64,000 bases of DNA from Chitinophagaceae bacterium (GTDB lineage: Bacteria; Bacteroidota; Bacteroidia; Chitinophagales; UBA10324): positions 27,537-91,536 of the forward strand of contig CANIPU010000004.1 of assembly GCA_947469485.1 (NCBI GenBank), in the 5' to 3' direction. Within the stretch, counting starts at the first letter, position 1. The number at the start of each line of letters is the position of its first letter. The notes below the pieces were generated by a model. That model was not told where the DNA came from. It searched no databases and saw nothing but the letters and a program-made list of their open reading frames with translations. Both the position numbers and the translations under genes were made by a program. Positions 9,923 to 18,311 of this stretch are shown here, one piece after another.

Positions 9923-12673
9923 ATGCTAAAAAGAATCTTTCTGCTGTTCAGCATTCTTTTGCTCAAACAGATTTCAAATGCACAACCTTGTACTACAACA
10001 AATGCTTCCGGATGTTATTGTAAGGATGGAACAAACAATTGTGATTTGCTTCCTGATATTACTGTGGGAGAACATACTCTTTCAGTTTCAGGAAATAATG
10101 GTGTAATTGAATATTCACAAACAAGTGGAACCAATCCTGGACAACTTAGAATTTCAGTAGAAACTCCAAACATTGGGCATGGTCCATTAAGTACATTAAC
10201 AACTACAACATTCGTTTGTCCTGATTCAACTTATCAGGGAAGTGCACCAACTACATGTAATGATGGTTCTGCTCCTAAAACAGTTGTAAACCAAAATATT
10301 TATCATAAAAACGGGTCTACTATGACCAGTTGGCAACATCTTGCCGGTACTATGACTTATCATCCAACTCATGGACATATGCATTACGATGATTGGGGAA
10401 TTTATACATTACGATTACAAATACCGGGTGTAACAAATCCTTTGCTTTGGCCAATAGTTGGCACTGGATCAAAATTAGGTTTTTGTCTTCTGGATTATGG
10501 GGATTGTGATACATATGGTGATTGCAGAAATGGTAATGGGCCAATACTTCACAATGCTGATTTTCAGAATTTCGGATTAGGAGGAGGAGGGTATAATTGT
10601 ACTCCAAATCAACAAGGAATTACAGTTGGTTGGGCTGATGTTTATTATCAATATCTTGATGGAATGTATATTCAGATTCCACCTGGTACTTGTAATGGAC
10701 AATATTATATAGTTGCGCAGATTGACCCATATAATTATTTCCTAGAGGAAGATGAAACCAATAATGTTTTGGCTATGCCGTGGACATTAAATCAACAAGA
10801 TGCTCCAGGTAATCCTGTATGTACAATTACAAAAACTTCAAATACTAATGCTACTACTTATTGTTTTGGCGACACTGTTATTTTAACTGCTGATCAGGCA
10901 GCTTTTTCTTATTCTTGGAGTAATGGTTCTTCTGCTCGAAGTATAAAAGTTACCCAATCTGGAAATTACACTTGCACGATAAATTATCCTTGCGGAATAG
11001 TTACATCTAGTCCGGTTAATATAAGTTTTACCAATCCATCAACTCCTGTTATAACGAACGACACTTTGTGTGGTACTGGAAATGCAGTACTTAGCGCAAC
11101 AGGTAATGGAAATATTTCCTGGTATAATTCAGCAAGCGGAGGCGCTTCAATAGCAACAGGTAATAATTTGAATTTGAATAATGTTCAAGCATCTGCAACT
11201 TATTATGCGCAGAACGATATCAGTACAACCGGAGTTTCAAGTTACAATCAACCTTATAGCAATACTATTGGAGCCGGAGCAAATCATACAGACTCAACCA
11301 GATATGAAACATTTACTGTTTATTCATCTTGTATTTTAAAATCAGTAAAAGTTTATGCAACTGGTGCAGGTAGCAGAAAAATTGTTTTGAGAGATCAAAA
11401 TGGTAGTCCATTACAGAGTGTAACCGCAAATATTCCAAATGGAGAAAGTACTGTTACTTTAAACTTTAATTTATCACCAGGTAATTATAGGCTCGGTTAT
11501 GGAAACGGAACACCGAATTTATATAGAAATAGTGCTGGTGTGGTTTATCCTTATAGTCTATCAGGGCTATTAAGCATTACAGGGTCATCTGCCGGAAGTG
11601 CATACTATTATTATTATTACAATTGGGAGGTACAAACTCTTCCGACCACCTGTAGCAGTAATAGAGTAGCAGCAACTGTAACGGTCAATACAATTCCTTC
11701 TCCAACTATTTCTGGTGTTGCAGCAATTTGTAATACAACTCCTGCAAATCTTTCAACAACATCAGGATTCAATTCATATTTATGGAGTAACGGATCTACT
11801 ACTCAGAGTATATCAGTTTCATCAGCTGGAAATTATTCTGTTGTTGTTACTGACGCAAACAATTGTACCGGAAATAGTTCAATAATAAATGTTGTAAATT
11901 CTATCACACCAGCTTCCACAATTACCCCAAGCGGTGCTACAACACTTTGTAAAGGCAGTTCTTTAATTTTAAATGCAAATATTGGAAGTGGATTAACTTA
12001 CCAATGGAAAAAAAGCGGTGTTCCAATTTCCGGTGCTTCAAACATTTCTTATGCTCCTACACTTTCTGGATTGTACAGAGTAGTTGTAACAAATTCTGCC
12101 GGATGCAGCAAGCAATCATCATCAACTACAGTTGTATTTAATACACTTCCTAGCGCAACTATTACAGCTTTGGGCTCATTGAATATTTGTGCATCTGGTA
12201 GCGTTGTTCTACAAGCCAATGCAGGAACCGGATATTTATATCAATGGAAAATAAATGGCTTGGTAATAGCCGGTGCTACTAATCAAACATATACGGCCAC
12301 AACTGCTGGTAGTTATAGGGTTGTTGTAACAAATACAAACGGATGTCAAAAACTTTCGGGAGCAAAAACTGTTACTGGTTGCAGAGTAGAAAGTATAGAT
12401 CAGAATGAAGCAATATTTGATTTTTCAATCCAACCGAATCCTAACGAAGGAACATTCAATATTTCATTTAATAGTTCTGATTGGGAGGAGGATAATTTAA
12501 ATGTTGAAATATTTAATACCCTCGGCCAATTAATTTATTCTGAAAAAATTGAAGTAACAGAGAATATTGATGTTATTAAATTTAGTTTGGATGAAACAGT
12601 ATCTAAAGGCATGTATTTAATTAAATTGTCATCAATAAACAGGTCTGTAAGCAAAAACTTTATTATAGAATAA
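9923..12673 (+). CDS. T9SS cargo protein with an N-terminal lysyl-oxidase-like (LOX, copper amine oxidase) domain, Ig-like repeats and a type A CTD
   Basis: 916 aa with signal peptide MLKRIFLLFSILLLKQISNAQ. Residues ~40-290 align by eye to the animal LOX catalytic domain. DLLPD matches DLVPD. YHPTHGHMHYDDWG matches WHSCHQHYHSMDEF (His-x-His-x-His copper site). GSKLGFCLLDYGDCD matches GHKASFCLEDTSCD (LTQ lysine). QGITVGWADVYYQYLDGMYIQIPPG...DPYNYFLEEDETNNVL matches [25 protein letters not shown]...NPSYLVPESDYTNNVV. The C-terminus IQPNPNEGTFNISF...IFNTLGQLIY...GMYLIKL is a type A CTD. Confidence 0.75.
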   Translation: MLKRIFLLFSILLLKQISNAQPCTTTNASGCYCKDGTNNCDLLPDITVGEHTLSVSGNNGVIEYSQTSGTNPGQLRISVETPNIGHGPLSTLTTTTFVCPDSTYQGSAPTTCNDGSAPKTVVNQNIYHKNGSTMTSWQHLAGTMTYHPTHGHMHYDDWGIYTLRLQIPGVTNPLLWPIVGTGSKLGFCLLDYGDCDTYGDCRNGNGPILHNADFQNFGLGGGGYNCTPNQQGITVGWADVYYQYLDGMYIQIPPGTCNGQYYIVAQIDPYNYFLEEDETNNVLAMPWTLNQQDAPGNPVCTITKTSNTNATTYCFGDTVILTADQAAFSYSWSNGSSARSIKVTQSGNYTCTINYPCGIVTSSPVNISFTNPSTPVITNDTLCGTGNAVLSATGNGNISWYNSASGGASIATGNNLNLNNVQASATYYAQNDISTTGVSSYNQPYSNTIGAGANHTDSTRYETFTVYSSCILKSVKVYATGAGSRKIVLRDQNGSPLQSVTANIPNGESTVTLNFNLSPGNYRLGYGNGTPNLYRNSAGVVYPYSLSGLLSITGSSAGSAYYYYYYNWEVQTLPTTCSSNRVAATVTVNTIPSPTISGVAAICNTTPANLSTTSGFNSYLWSNGSTTQSISVSSAGNYSVVVTDANNCTGNSSIINVVNSITPASTITPSGATTLCKGSSLILNANIGSGLTYQWKKSGVPISGASNISYAPTLSGLYRVVVTNSAGCSKQSSSTTVVFNTLPSATITALGSLNICASGSVVLQANAGTGYLYQWKINGLVIAGATNQTYTATTAGSYRVVVTNTNGCQKLSGAKTVTGCRVESIDQNEAIFDFSIQPNPNEGTFNISFNSSDWEEDNLNVEIFNTLGQLIYSEKIEVTENIDVIKFSLDETVSKGMYLIKLSSINRSVSKNFIIE

Positions 12674-12700
12674 TCTGCCAATAATAAAATAGTATAGTAA

Positions 12701-12729
12701 AGCCGGGAACTTTGTTTCCGGCTTTTTTA
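12701..12729 (+). terminator. rho-independent terminator
   Basis: AGCCGGGAAC, loop TTT, GTTTCCGGCT (10 bp including one G-U), followed by TTTTTTATTT. Confidence 0.8.
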
Positions 12730-12823
12730 TTTAAATGTTTAATACAGTTTTTCTTAATTTAATATTTTGCCAATTGCAACAAATAGAAATTCAACCCGTA
12801 ATGCGAATTAAATAAAACGCCAA

Positions 12824-13648
12824 GTGAAGATTGCTTTAAACATATTAGCCTTGGGAATAATAAGCGCATTGCTTACTGCTTTTTCTTTGAGAGGACCATC
12901 TGCAGAAGATTATTTTGAATCAGGAAAACAGAAATTCAATTCAAAAGATTATTCTGGTGCCATAGCTGATTTCACCATAGCTATTAAACAAAAACCTGAT
13001 TTTGCAATTGTTTATTTTAAAAGAGGCAGTGCATTTTATCTTACAATGGATTTTGATAAAGCTGTTGACGATTTTAATATTTATTTGACTTATAAACCGG
13101 AAGATGAAAACGGATATTACAATAGAGCAATGTGTTGGAAAAATATTAATGAGCTGAATAGAGCCATTGATGATTTAGATAAGGTTACCAGAATTGACCC
13201 ATATTATACACTTGCCATAATGAAAAGAGCAAATATTTTTTATGAATTAGGAAAATATGACTCTGCATTAAAGGATTTTACATGGTATTTGACTATAAAA
13301 CCTGAAAGTGAGAAAGGGTATTTTAATCGAGCAAATACATATAAAAGATTAGGGCGACCAAATGAATCTATTGCCGATTACAATAAAGTTATTGAACTAA
13401 AACCTGAATGGGAAGAAGCTTATATTAATCGAGGTTCTTTATACGCAGATATGAACATGAATAAAGAAGCGATAAATGATTTTTCAAAAGCAATACAAAT
13501 AAAACCAGATGATGCAGATGCCTGGTTCAACAGAGGTGTAGTTTACAACAATATGCAGGAGCATAACCTTGCCTGCAGGGATTGGAAAGAAGCATCGAAA
13601 TACAGTCACAAGGAAGCAATTGCTTATCTCCTCAAGTATTGTAAATAG
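12824..13648 (+). CDS. tetratricopeptide (TPR) repeat protein, secreted or membrane-anchored
   Basis: 274 aa with a GTG start. N-terminal hydrophobic segment. About seven 34-aa repeats with the W/Y-x-N-R-G/A and A-x-x-D-F/Y TPR signature (for example AYINRGSLYADMNMNKEAINDFSKAIQIKPDDADAWFNRG). Confidence 0.8.
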   Translation: MKIALNILALGIISALLTAFSLRGPSAEDYFESGKQKFNSKDYSGAIADFTIAIKQKPDFAIVYFKRGSAFYLTMDFDKAVDDFNIYLTYKPEDENGYYNRAMCWKNINELNRAIDDLDKVTRIDPYYTLAIMKRANIFYELGKYDSALKDFTWYLTIKPESEKGYFNRANTYKRLGRPNESIADYNKVIELKPEWEEAYINRGSLYADMNMNKEAINDFSKAIQIKPDDADAWFNRGVVYNNMQEHNLACRDWKEASKYSHKEAIAYLLKYCK

Positions 13649-13666
13649 AATATGATTGTCTGCTAA

Positions 13667-14899
13667 TCAGGCAACCTTTAATTTATGTTTGAATTTTGAT
13701 TTGCCTAATTTTTCTTCAGCTATTTCCCTTGTCACAATAAATGATTTAACATTTTTCTGTGATGGAATTTCAAACATAATATCGGTCATTATTGCTTCAC
13801 ATATTGAGCGAAGTCCTCTTGCACCTAATTTATATTCAACAGCCTTGTCAATTATATATTCAATTGCTCCCTCTTCAAAAGTCAACGCTACTCCTTCAAT
13901 TTCAAAAAGTCTGTAATATTGTTTTACTAGAGCATTTTTTGGTTCCAGTAAAATTCTTTTTAAAGAAGTTCGGTCTAATGAGTCCAGAAAAGTTACAATT
14001 GGTAATCGACCAACCAATTCAGGAATTAATCCGAAATGTTTTATATCCTGTGGATTTACATATTGTAAAAGGTTTTCTTTATCAACCTTCTCCTGATTCT
14101 TCAAGGCTTTGAAACCAATCACCTGAGTTTGCATTCTTCGTGCAATTACCCTGTCCAATCCTTCAAAAGCTCCGCCACATATGAACAAAATGTTCTGAGT
14201 ATTAATGTTCACCATTTTTTGTTCCGGATGCTTACGACCTCCTTGAGGTGGAACTAATACTTCTGTTCCTTCCAAAAGTTTTAAAAGCCCTTGTTGAACA
14301 CCTTCACCGCTTACATCTCTTGTAATTGACGGGTTATCACCCTTACGGGCAATTTTATCAATTTCGTCGATGTAAATAATACCTTTTTCGGCCGCCGCAA
14401 TATCATAATCACAAGCTTGCAACAATCTTGTTAAAATACTTTCCACATCCTCACCCACATAACCTGCCTCAGTAAAAACTGTGGCATCAACAATTGCGAA
14501 CGGAACATTTAAAAATCGTGCAATTGTTTTTGCTAATAAAGTTTTCCCGGTACCAGTTTCACCAACCATAATGATGTTGGATTTTTCAATCTCCACATCA
14601 TCCTTGGCTGTTTGATTTAATCTTTTATAGTGATTATAAACAGCTACTGAAATTACTTTCTTCGCTTCATCCTGTCCAATGACATATTCATCCAGAAAAT
14701 TTTTTATTTCTTTTGGAACTGAAAATTTAGGAGGAGCGGTGATGAATTTTTTCTTCTTCGAAAAATTTTCTTCTTCAATGATTTGCTTAGCCTGAGTTAT
14801 ACAGGTGTCGCAAATGAAAGCATCTATACCTGAAATAAGTACTAGTGTTTCTTCTTTTCCCTTCCCGCAGAATGAGCAGTGCTGAGTTGATTTTTTCAT
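13667..14899 (-). CDS. clpX: ATP-dependent Clp protease ATP-binding subunit ClpX
   Basis: 410 aa. N-terminal zinc ribbon CSFCGK...CDTC, Walker A GETGTGKT, Walker B IIYIDEIDK, and the GYVGEDVE pore-loop region. There is a 4-bp start/stop overlap with clpP. Confidence 0.96.
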   Translation of the reverse strand: MKKSTQHCSFCGKGKEETLVLISGIDAFICDTCITQAKQIIEEENFSKKKKFITAPPKFSVPKEIKNFLDEYVIGQDEAKKVISVAVYNHYKRLNQTAKDDVEIEKSNIIMVGETGTGKTLLAKTIARFLNVPFAIVDATVFTEAGYVGEDVESILTRLLQACDYDIAAAEKGIIYIDEIDKIARKGDNPSITRDVSGEGVQQGLLKLLEGTEVLVPPQGGRKHPEQKMVNINTQNILFICGGAFEGLDRVIARRMQTQVIGFKALKNQEKVDKENLLQYVNPQDIKHFGLIPELVGRLPIVTFLDSLDRTSLKRILLEPKNALVKQYYRLFEIEGVALTFEEGAIEYIIDKAVEYKLGARGLRSICEAIMTDIMFEIPSQKNVKSFIVTREIAEEKLGKSKFKHKLKVA

Positions 14900-15582
14900 C
14901 CTAAACTTGGCGTTTTCTTAATCAAAACTTCATCAATCATACCGTATTCTTTTGCTTCCTGAGCAAGCATCCAATAATCACGGTCACTGTCTTTCTCTAC
15001 TTTTTTAAATTGCTGATTCGAATGAAGAGCAATGATTTCATATAACTCCTTTTTCAACTTTAATATCTCCCGAGCTGTAATTTCTATATCACTTGCTTGA
15101 CCTTCAGCTCCGCCCATCGGTTGGTGAATCATTACTCTTGAGTGAGGTAAAGCAGTTCTTTTTCCTTTATGACCTGCACATAACAAAACAGCAGCCATTG
15201 AAGCGGCAATACCGGTACATATTGTAGCGACATCTGGTTGAATGTATTGAATGGTGTCATAAATTCCTAAGCCGGCATAAACTGAACCACCTGGACTATT
15301 AATATATATCTGTATATCTCTTTTTGCATCTGCGGATTCAAGAAATAATAATTGAGCCTGTATGACATTAGCTACATAATCATTAATGCCTTCACCCATA
15401 AAAATAATTCGATCCATCATTAATCTTGAGAACACATCCATTGATGCTACATTCATTGGTCGTTCTTCAATAATATAAGGAGTAAGATTTGTGATCTGGT
15501 GTTTCATAACAGAATCAACCGTTACAGCACCTATTCCTTTGTGTTTTATTGCATAGTTTCTAAACTCTTTTCCGTAATTCAT
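14896..15582 (-). CDS. clpP: ATP-dependent Clp protease proteolytic subunit ClpP
   Basis: 228 aa. The motifs GIAASMAA (catalytic Ser), MIHQPMGG (His) and the DRDYWM region are the canonical ClpP catalytic triad context. Confidence 0.96.
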   Translation of the reverse strand: MNYGKEFRNYAIKHKGIGAVTVDSVMKHQITNLTPYIIEERPMNVASMDVFSRLMMDRIIFMGEGINDYVANVIQAQLLFLESADAKRDIQIYINSPGGSVYAGLGIYDTIQYIQPDVATICTGIAASMAAVLLCAGHKGKRTALPHSRVMIHQPMGGAEGQASDIEITAREILKLKKELYEIIALHSNQQFKKVEKDSDRDYWMLAQEAKEYGMIDEVLIKKTPSLG

Positions 15583-15597
15583 TGGTAGATTAATTTT

Positions 15598-16977
15598 TTA
15601 ATGGTGATGATGATTATGCTGTCCTTCCAAATGTATGAATTCATCATAAGAAATTTCACGCGGTTGAATATTTGCCTTTTTCTTTAATTCAGCAAATAAC
15701 TTTTCCTCCATCAACATGTTAAAATAGTTTCGGCGTGATTTTTCATCAGTCATCATTTTGTCGGCCATCTGCGAAAGATATTGTTCAACCATTTCATTTA
15801 CCTGCCCGGCAAAATAATGTTCACGCAAGCGCTGCATTGCAAATGATTTCAATTCAGCTTCTTCAATTTTTATTCCCTTTTCTTTAGAAACGCGCTCTGT
15901 TATTAGGTCCCATTTTAACTGTCGTGTAAATTGGCCAAATTCATTTTCAACCTGTTCAGGAGTAACTGGTTTTTCATTATAGGAGAGTATCCATTTCTTT
16001 AAGAAGTTCTCAGGAAAACTTATTTTAGTGCTATCAATCAGGTAGGTAGAAATTTCGTTTAGCAATTTTTGATGCGAAGCATCTGTATAGGATTTTGATA
16101 ATTCTTCTTTAATTTTTTCATGCAACTCAACTTCATTATTTACAATACCCTCGCCAAATAAACGATTATATAAATCCTGATTAAGTTCAGTCTTTTTTAC
16201 TTCAAATATTCCATCAATTGTAACCTTAAATGTATGACTCATATCATGTGCCTGATCATGTGAAATGTCAAGTATGTTATGAATAATTAATTCTTCCTGG
16301 TTGTCATAGGCTTTAAAAAGATCAATCACAAGGGATTCACCTTTTTTTAATGTCTTTATTTGATTTTTAATCTCCTCATTACGGAAGGACTCAATAGAGA
16401 TTCTACGAGTTTTTTCAATTCCCGTTGCCTTTTCGCTTGAGTCAGAATTTAACTCTTTGAAAATAATTGAAAGTACAGAATCATTAACAATTGTATCAGT
16501 TTCCTCTGTTGTTCCGTAGCGGACTTTAAGTTTTTCAACTTCATCAAGAACTGTTTTATCATTTGGCTTAACTTCGTAATTCAAAAATTCTTTTGCTGAT
16601 AGGTCGGACAATTCAAAATCACTTACCAATCCTAATTCAAATCGAAAATCATATGAAGTTGGAGATTGAATATTTATTTGTTGTTTTTTTTCATCTTCAA
16701 CGGGCAATGGTTGACCAAGAATGTTAAGTTTTTCCTCTTTTATATAATTATCCAGGGTTTCACCAATTAATTTATTCAATTCTTCGGCGAGCATTTCGTT
16801 TCCAACCATTTTTTTTGCCATTCCAAGAGGAACATGCCCTTTTCTAAATCCAGGCATATTCAACTTCTTACTATAAATTTTAATTGCCTCTTCAACTTTT
16901 GGCAAATAATCATCTGGAGCAATATTGATATTAACTTGTACATGCAGGTCATTTAAACTTTCTTTTGTAATGTTCAT
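15598..16977 (-). CDS. tig: trigger factor
   Basis: 459 aa. N-terminal ribosome-binding motif PGFRKGHVP. It sits immediately upstream of clpP-clpX, the classical tig-clpP-clpX order. The C-terminus ends in GQHNHHHH. Confidence 0.9.
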   Translation of the reverse strand: MNITKESLNDLHVQVNINIAPDDYLPKVEEAIKIYSKKLNMPGFRKGHVPLGMAKKMVGNEMLAEELNKLIGETLDNYIKEEKLNILGQPLPVEDEKKQQINIQSPTSYDFRFELGLVSDFELSDLSAKEFLNYEVKPNDKTVLDEVEKLKVRYGTTEETDTIVNDSVLSIIFKELNSDSSEKATGIEKTRRISIESFRNEEIKNQIKTLKKGESLVIDLFKAYDNQEELIIHNILDISHDQAHDMSHTFKVTIDGIFEVKKTELNQDLYNRLFGEGIVNNEVELHEKIKEELSKSYTDASHQKLLNEISTYLIDSTKISFPENFLKKWILSYNEKPVTPEQVENEFGQFTRQLKWDLITERVSKEKGIKIEEAELKSFAMQRLREHYFAGQVNEMVEQYLSQMADKMMTDEKSRRNYFNMLMEEKLFAELKKKANIQPREISYDEFIHLEGQHNHHHH

Positions 16978-17109
16978 TCTGGAAGATTATTATTTGTGTA
17001 ATGTTTGTTTAAGAAATTATTGAATTAGGAGGAGTAATTAATTATATAAATCGGTGATTTTAAAATAGTTCGATTAAATATTCTGGCAATCAAATAACTA
17101 AAAACAAAG

Positions 17110-17191
17110 TGCGGGTAGAGGGGGTCGAACCCACATGCCTCGCGGCACCAGATCCTAAGTCTGGCGCGTCTGCCAATTTCGCCATACCCGC
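17110..17191 (-). tRNA. tRNA-Leu (anticodon UAG), class II with a long variable arm; CCA not encoded
   Basis: The reverse complement is GCGGGTA TG GCGAAATTGGCAGACGC G CCAGA CTTAGGA TCTGG TGCCGCGAGGCAT GTGGG TTCGACC CCCTC TACCCGC A. It has a 7-bp acceptor stem, a 5-bp anticodon stem with loop CU-UAG-GA, a T-loop TTCGA and a 13-14-nt variable arm. There is one U-U mismatch in the T-stem. Confidence 0.9.
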
Positions 17192-17208
17192 ATTTGAATT
17201 TAAGGGTG

Positions 17209-17216
17209 CAAATGTA
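17209..17216 (-). promoter_or_regulatory. -7 promoter box (TAnnTTTG) for tRNA-Leu
   Basis: The minus strand reads TACATTTG. Its last base is 17 nt upstream of the mature tRNA 5' end. Confidence 0.4.
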
Positions 17217-17273
17217 ATACAGAATGCAGATGGAAAAACCGATTTAAGAAAAATATTGCAAGTTATTGCAGAA

Positions 17274-17345
17274 ATAAAAAAACCGCCCTCAAATCTCCCA
17301 GTAGGTAAAACACCAAACCTAATGTGAGCGTGGAAGAAGGCGGTT
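17274..17345 (-). terminator. long imperfect hairpin plus U-run (terminator of the kinase/regulator operon, or a small structured RNA)
   Basis: On the minus strand, AACCGCCTTC...GAGGGCGGTT forms a 10-bp outer stem including one G-U. TTCCA/TGGGA and TAGGT/ACCTA form inner stems. TTTTTTT follows. Confidence 0.4.
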
Positions 17346-17516
17346 AAATCTTAGAAAGATTTTCGGTTTGAAACGAATTTCCTTGTGTGTTTGAGGTCTT
17401 CTACAAACAAATTCAATTTAGGTTACACAGAAATATAAATTTCCGGAATATTTCTATTGTGATTTAATAAAAGAAAAATAAATAGCCAGGTAAAATAAGG
17501 TCAAAAAAATATTGGT

Positions 17517-18203
17517 TTAATGTTTACCTATTTGATAATCATCATTTAACATACCATTTTCCATTGCATATTTTATAAGTCCGGCTGTATTTTTAACACC
17601 AAGTTTTCTCAACAGGTTTTTTCTGTGAGTAATTATTGTCATTGGACTATTGTTCAACTTTGATGCAATTTCAGCATTTGTTAATTCCTGTGCTATTAGT
17701 TTTAATATTTCAAGTTCCTTTTTTGTAACTTCTGATTTACGAACTGGGGGCATCTTGTTTTCAGCTGATGATTGATCGTTGTTATTCATTTTGTCAATCA
17801 TCTTAAGAGAAACTTCGCTGCTTACATATCTCTCTCCTTTATAAACTGTGGTAATTGCAGTAATTAGTTCTGACTTACCGGCATTTTTTAATAAATACCC
17901 AGAAGCTCCGGCTTTAATCATCTCCGATACATAAAGTGTATCGTCAAACATTGTTAATGCAAGAATTTTAATTTCAGGGTACAACTGTCGGATTTTTTTT
18001 GTGGCTTCGATGCCATTAATTTTTGGCATATTAATATCCATTAATATGACATTTGGTTGATTCGTTTTTAATTGGGCTAATAAGTCTTCACCGTTTTCTG
18101 CTTCACCAATTAATTTTACTTCCTGACTATCACGGGTTAATGCCTTAATACCTTCAATAAAAAGTTGATGATCATCTGCAACAAAAATTTTTATCTGATC
18201 CAT
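17517..18203 (-). CDS. NarL/FixJ-type response regulator (REC + LuxR-type HTH)
   Basis: 228 aa. Receiver residues are intact: DD at 10-11, phospho-acceptor Asp in VILMDINMP, T in ALTMF and K in YLLK. The C-terminal HTH reads LTKKELEILKLIAQELTNAEIASKLNNSPMTIITHRKNLLRKLGV. Confidence 0.9.
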   Translation of the reverse strand: MDQIKIFVADDHQLFIEGIKALTRDSQEVKLIGEAENGEDLLAQLKTNQPNVILMDINMPKINGIEATKKIRQLYPEIKILALTMFDDTLYVSEMIKAGASGYLLKNAGKSELITAITTVYKGERYVSSEVSLKMIDKMNNNDQSSAENKMPPVRKSEVTKKELEILKLIAQELTNAEIASKLNNSPMTIITHRKNLLRKLGVKNTAGLIKYAMENGMLNDDYQIGKH

Positions 18204-18311
18204 ATTAATTCTTTATTGAATTTGAGATTCAAAAATATATAGTGATTGTGTTAAGAATATAATGGTTAGTTAGTTATTGCTAACCCAGGTTTGTGAATAG
18301 TATTTCTGAAG

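Noticed and set aside
13656-14112. Plus-strand ORFs 13656-13916 and 13792-14112 inside clpX
   Set aside because: They lie entirely antisense to a highly conserved clpX reading frame, and their composition is low-complexity and hydrophobic. These are shadow ORFs. The same reasoning applies to the other short ORFs nested antisense in long genes, for example 588-794, 1323-2694, 3103-3288, 4817-5098, 22046-22416, 23838-24173, 38628-38966, 41677-44728, 50403-51574, 58155-58421 and 61941-62361.
17109-17327. 72-aa plus-strand ORF (MRVEGVEPTCLAAPDPKSGASANF...)
   Set aside because: Its first ~80 nt are the antisense of the tRNA-Leu gene, and the rest runs through the tRNA promoter and a terminator hairpin. 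It is a chance ORF created by the GC-rich tRNA sequence.
17110-17516. Possible integrated mobile element at tRNA-Leu
   Set aside because: There is no integrase, transposase or phage gene and no direct repeat of the tRNA 3' end on either side. The flanking genes (tig and a two-component pair) look chromosomal.
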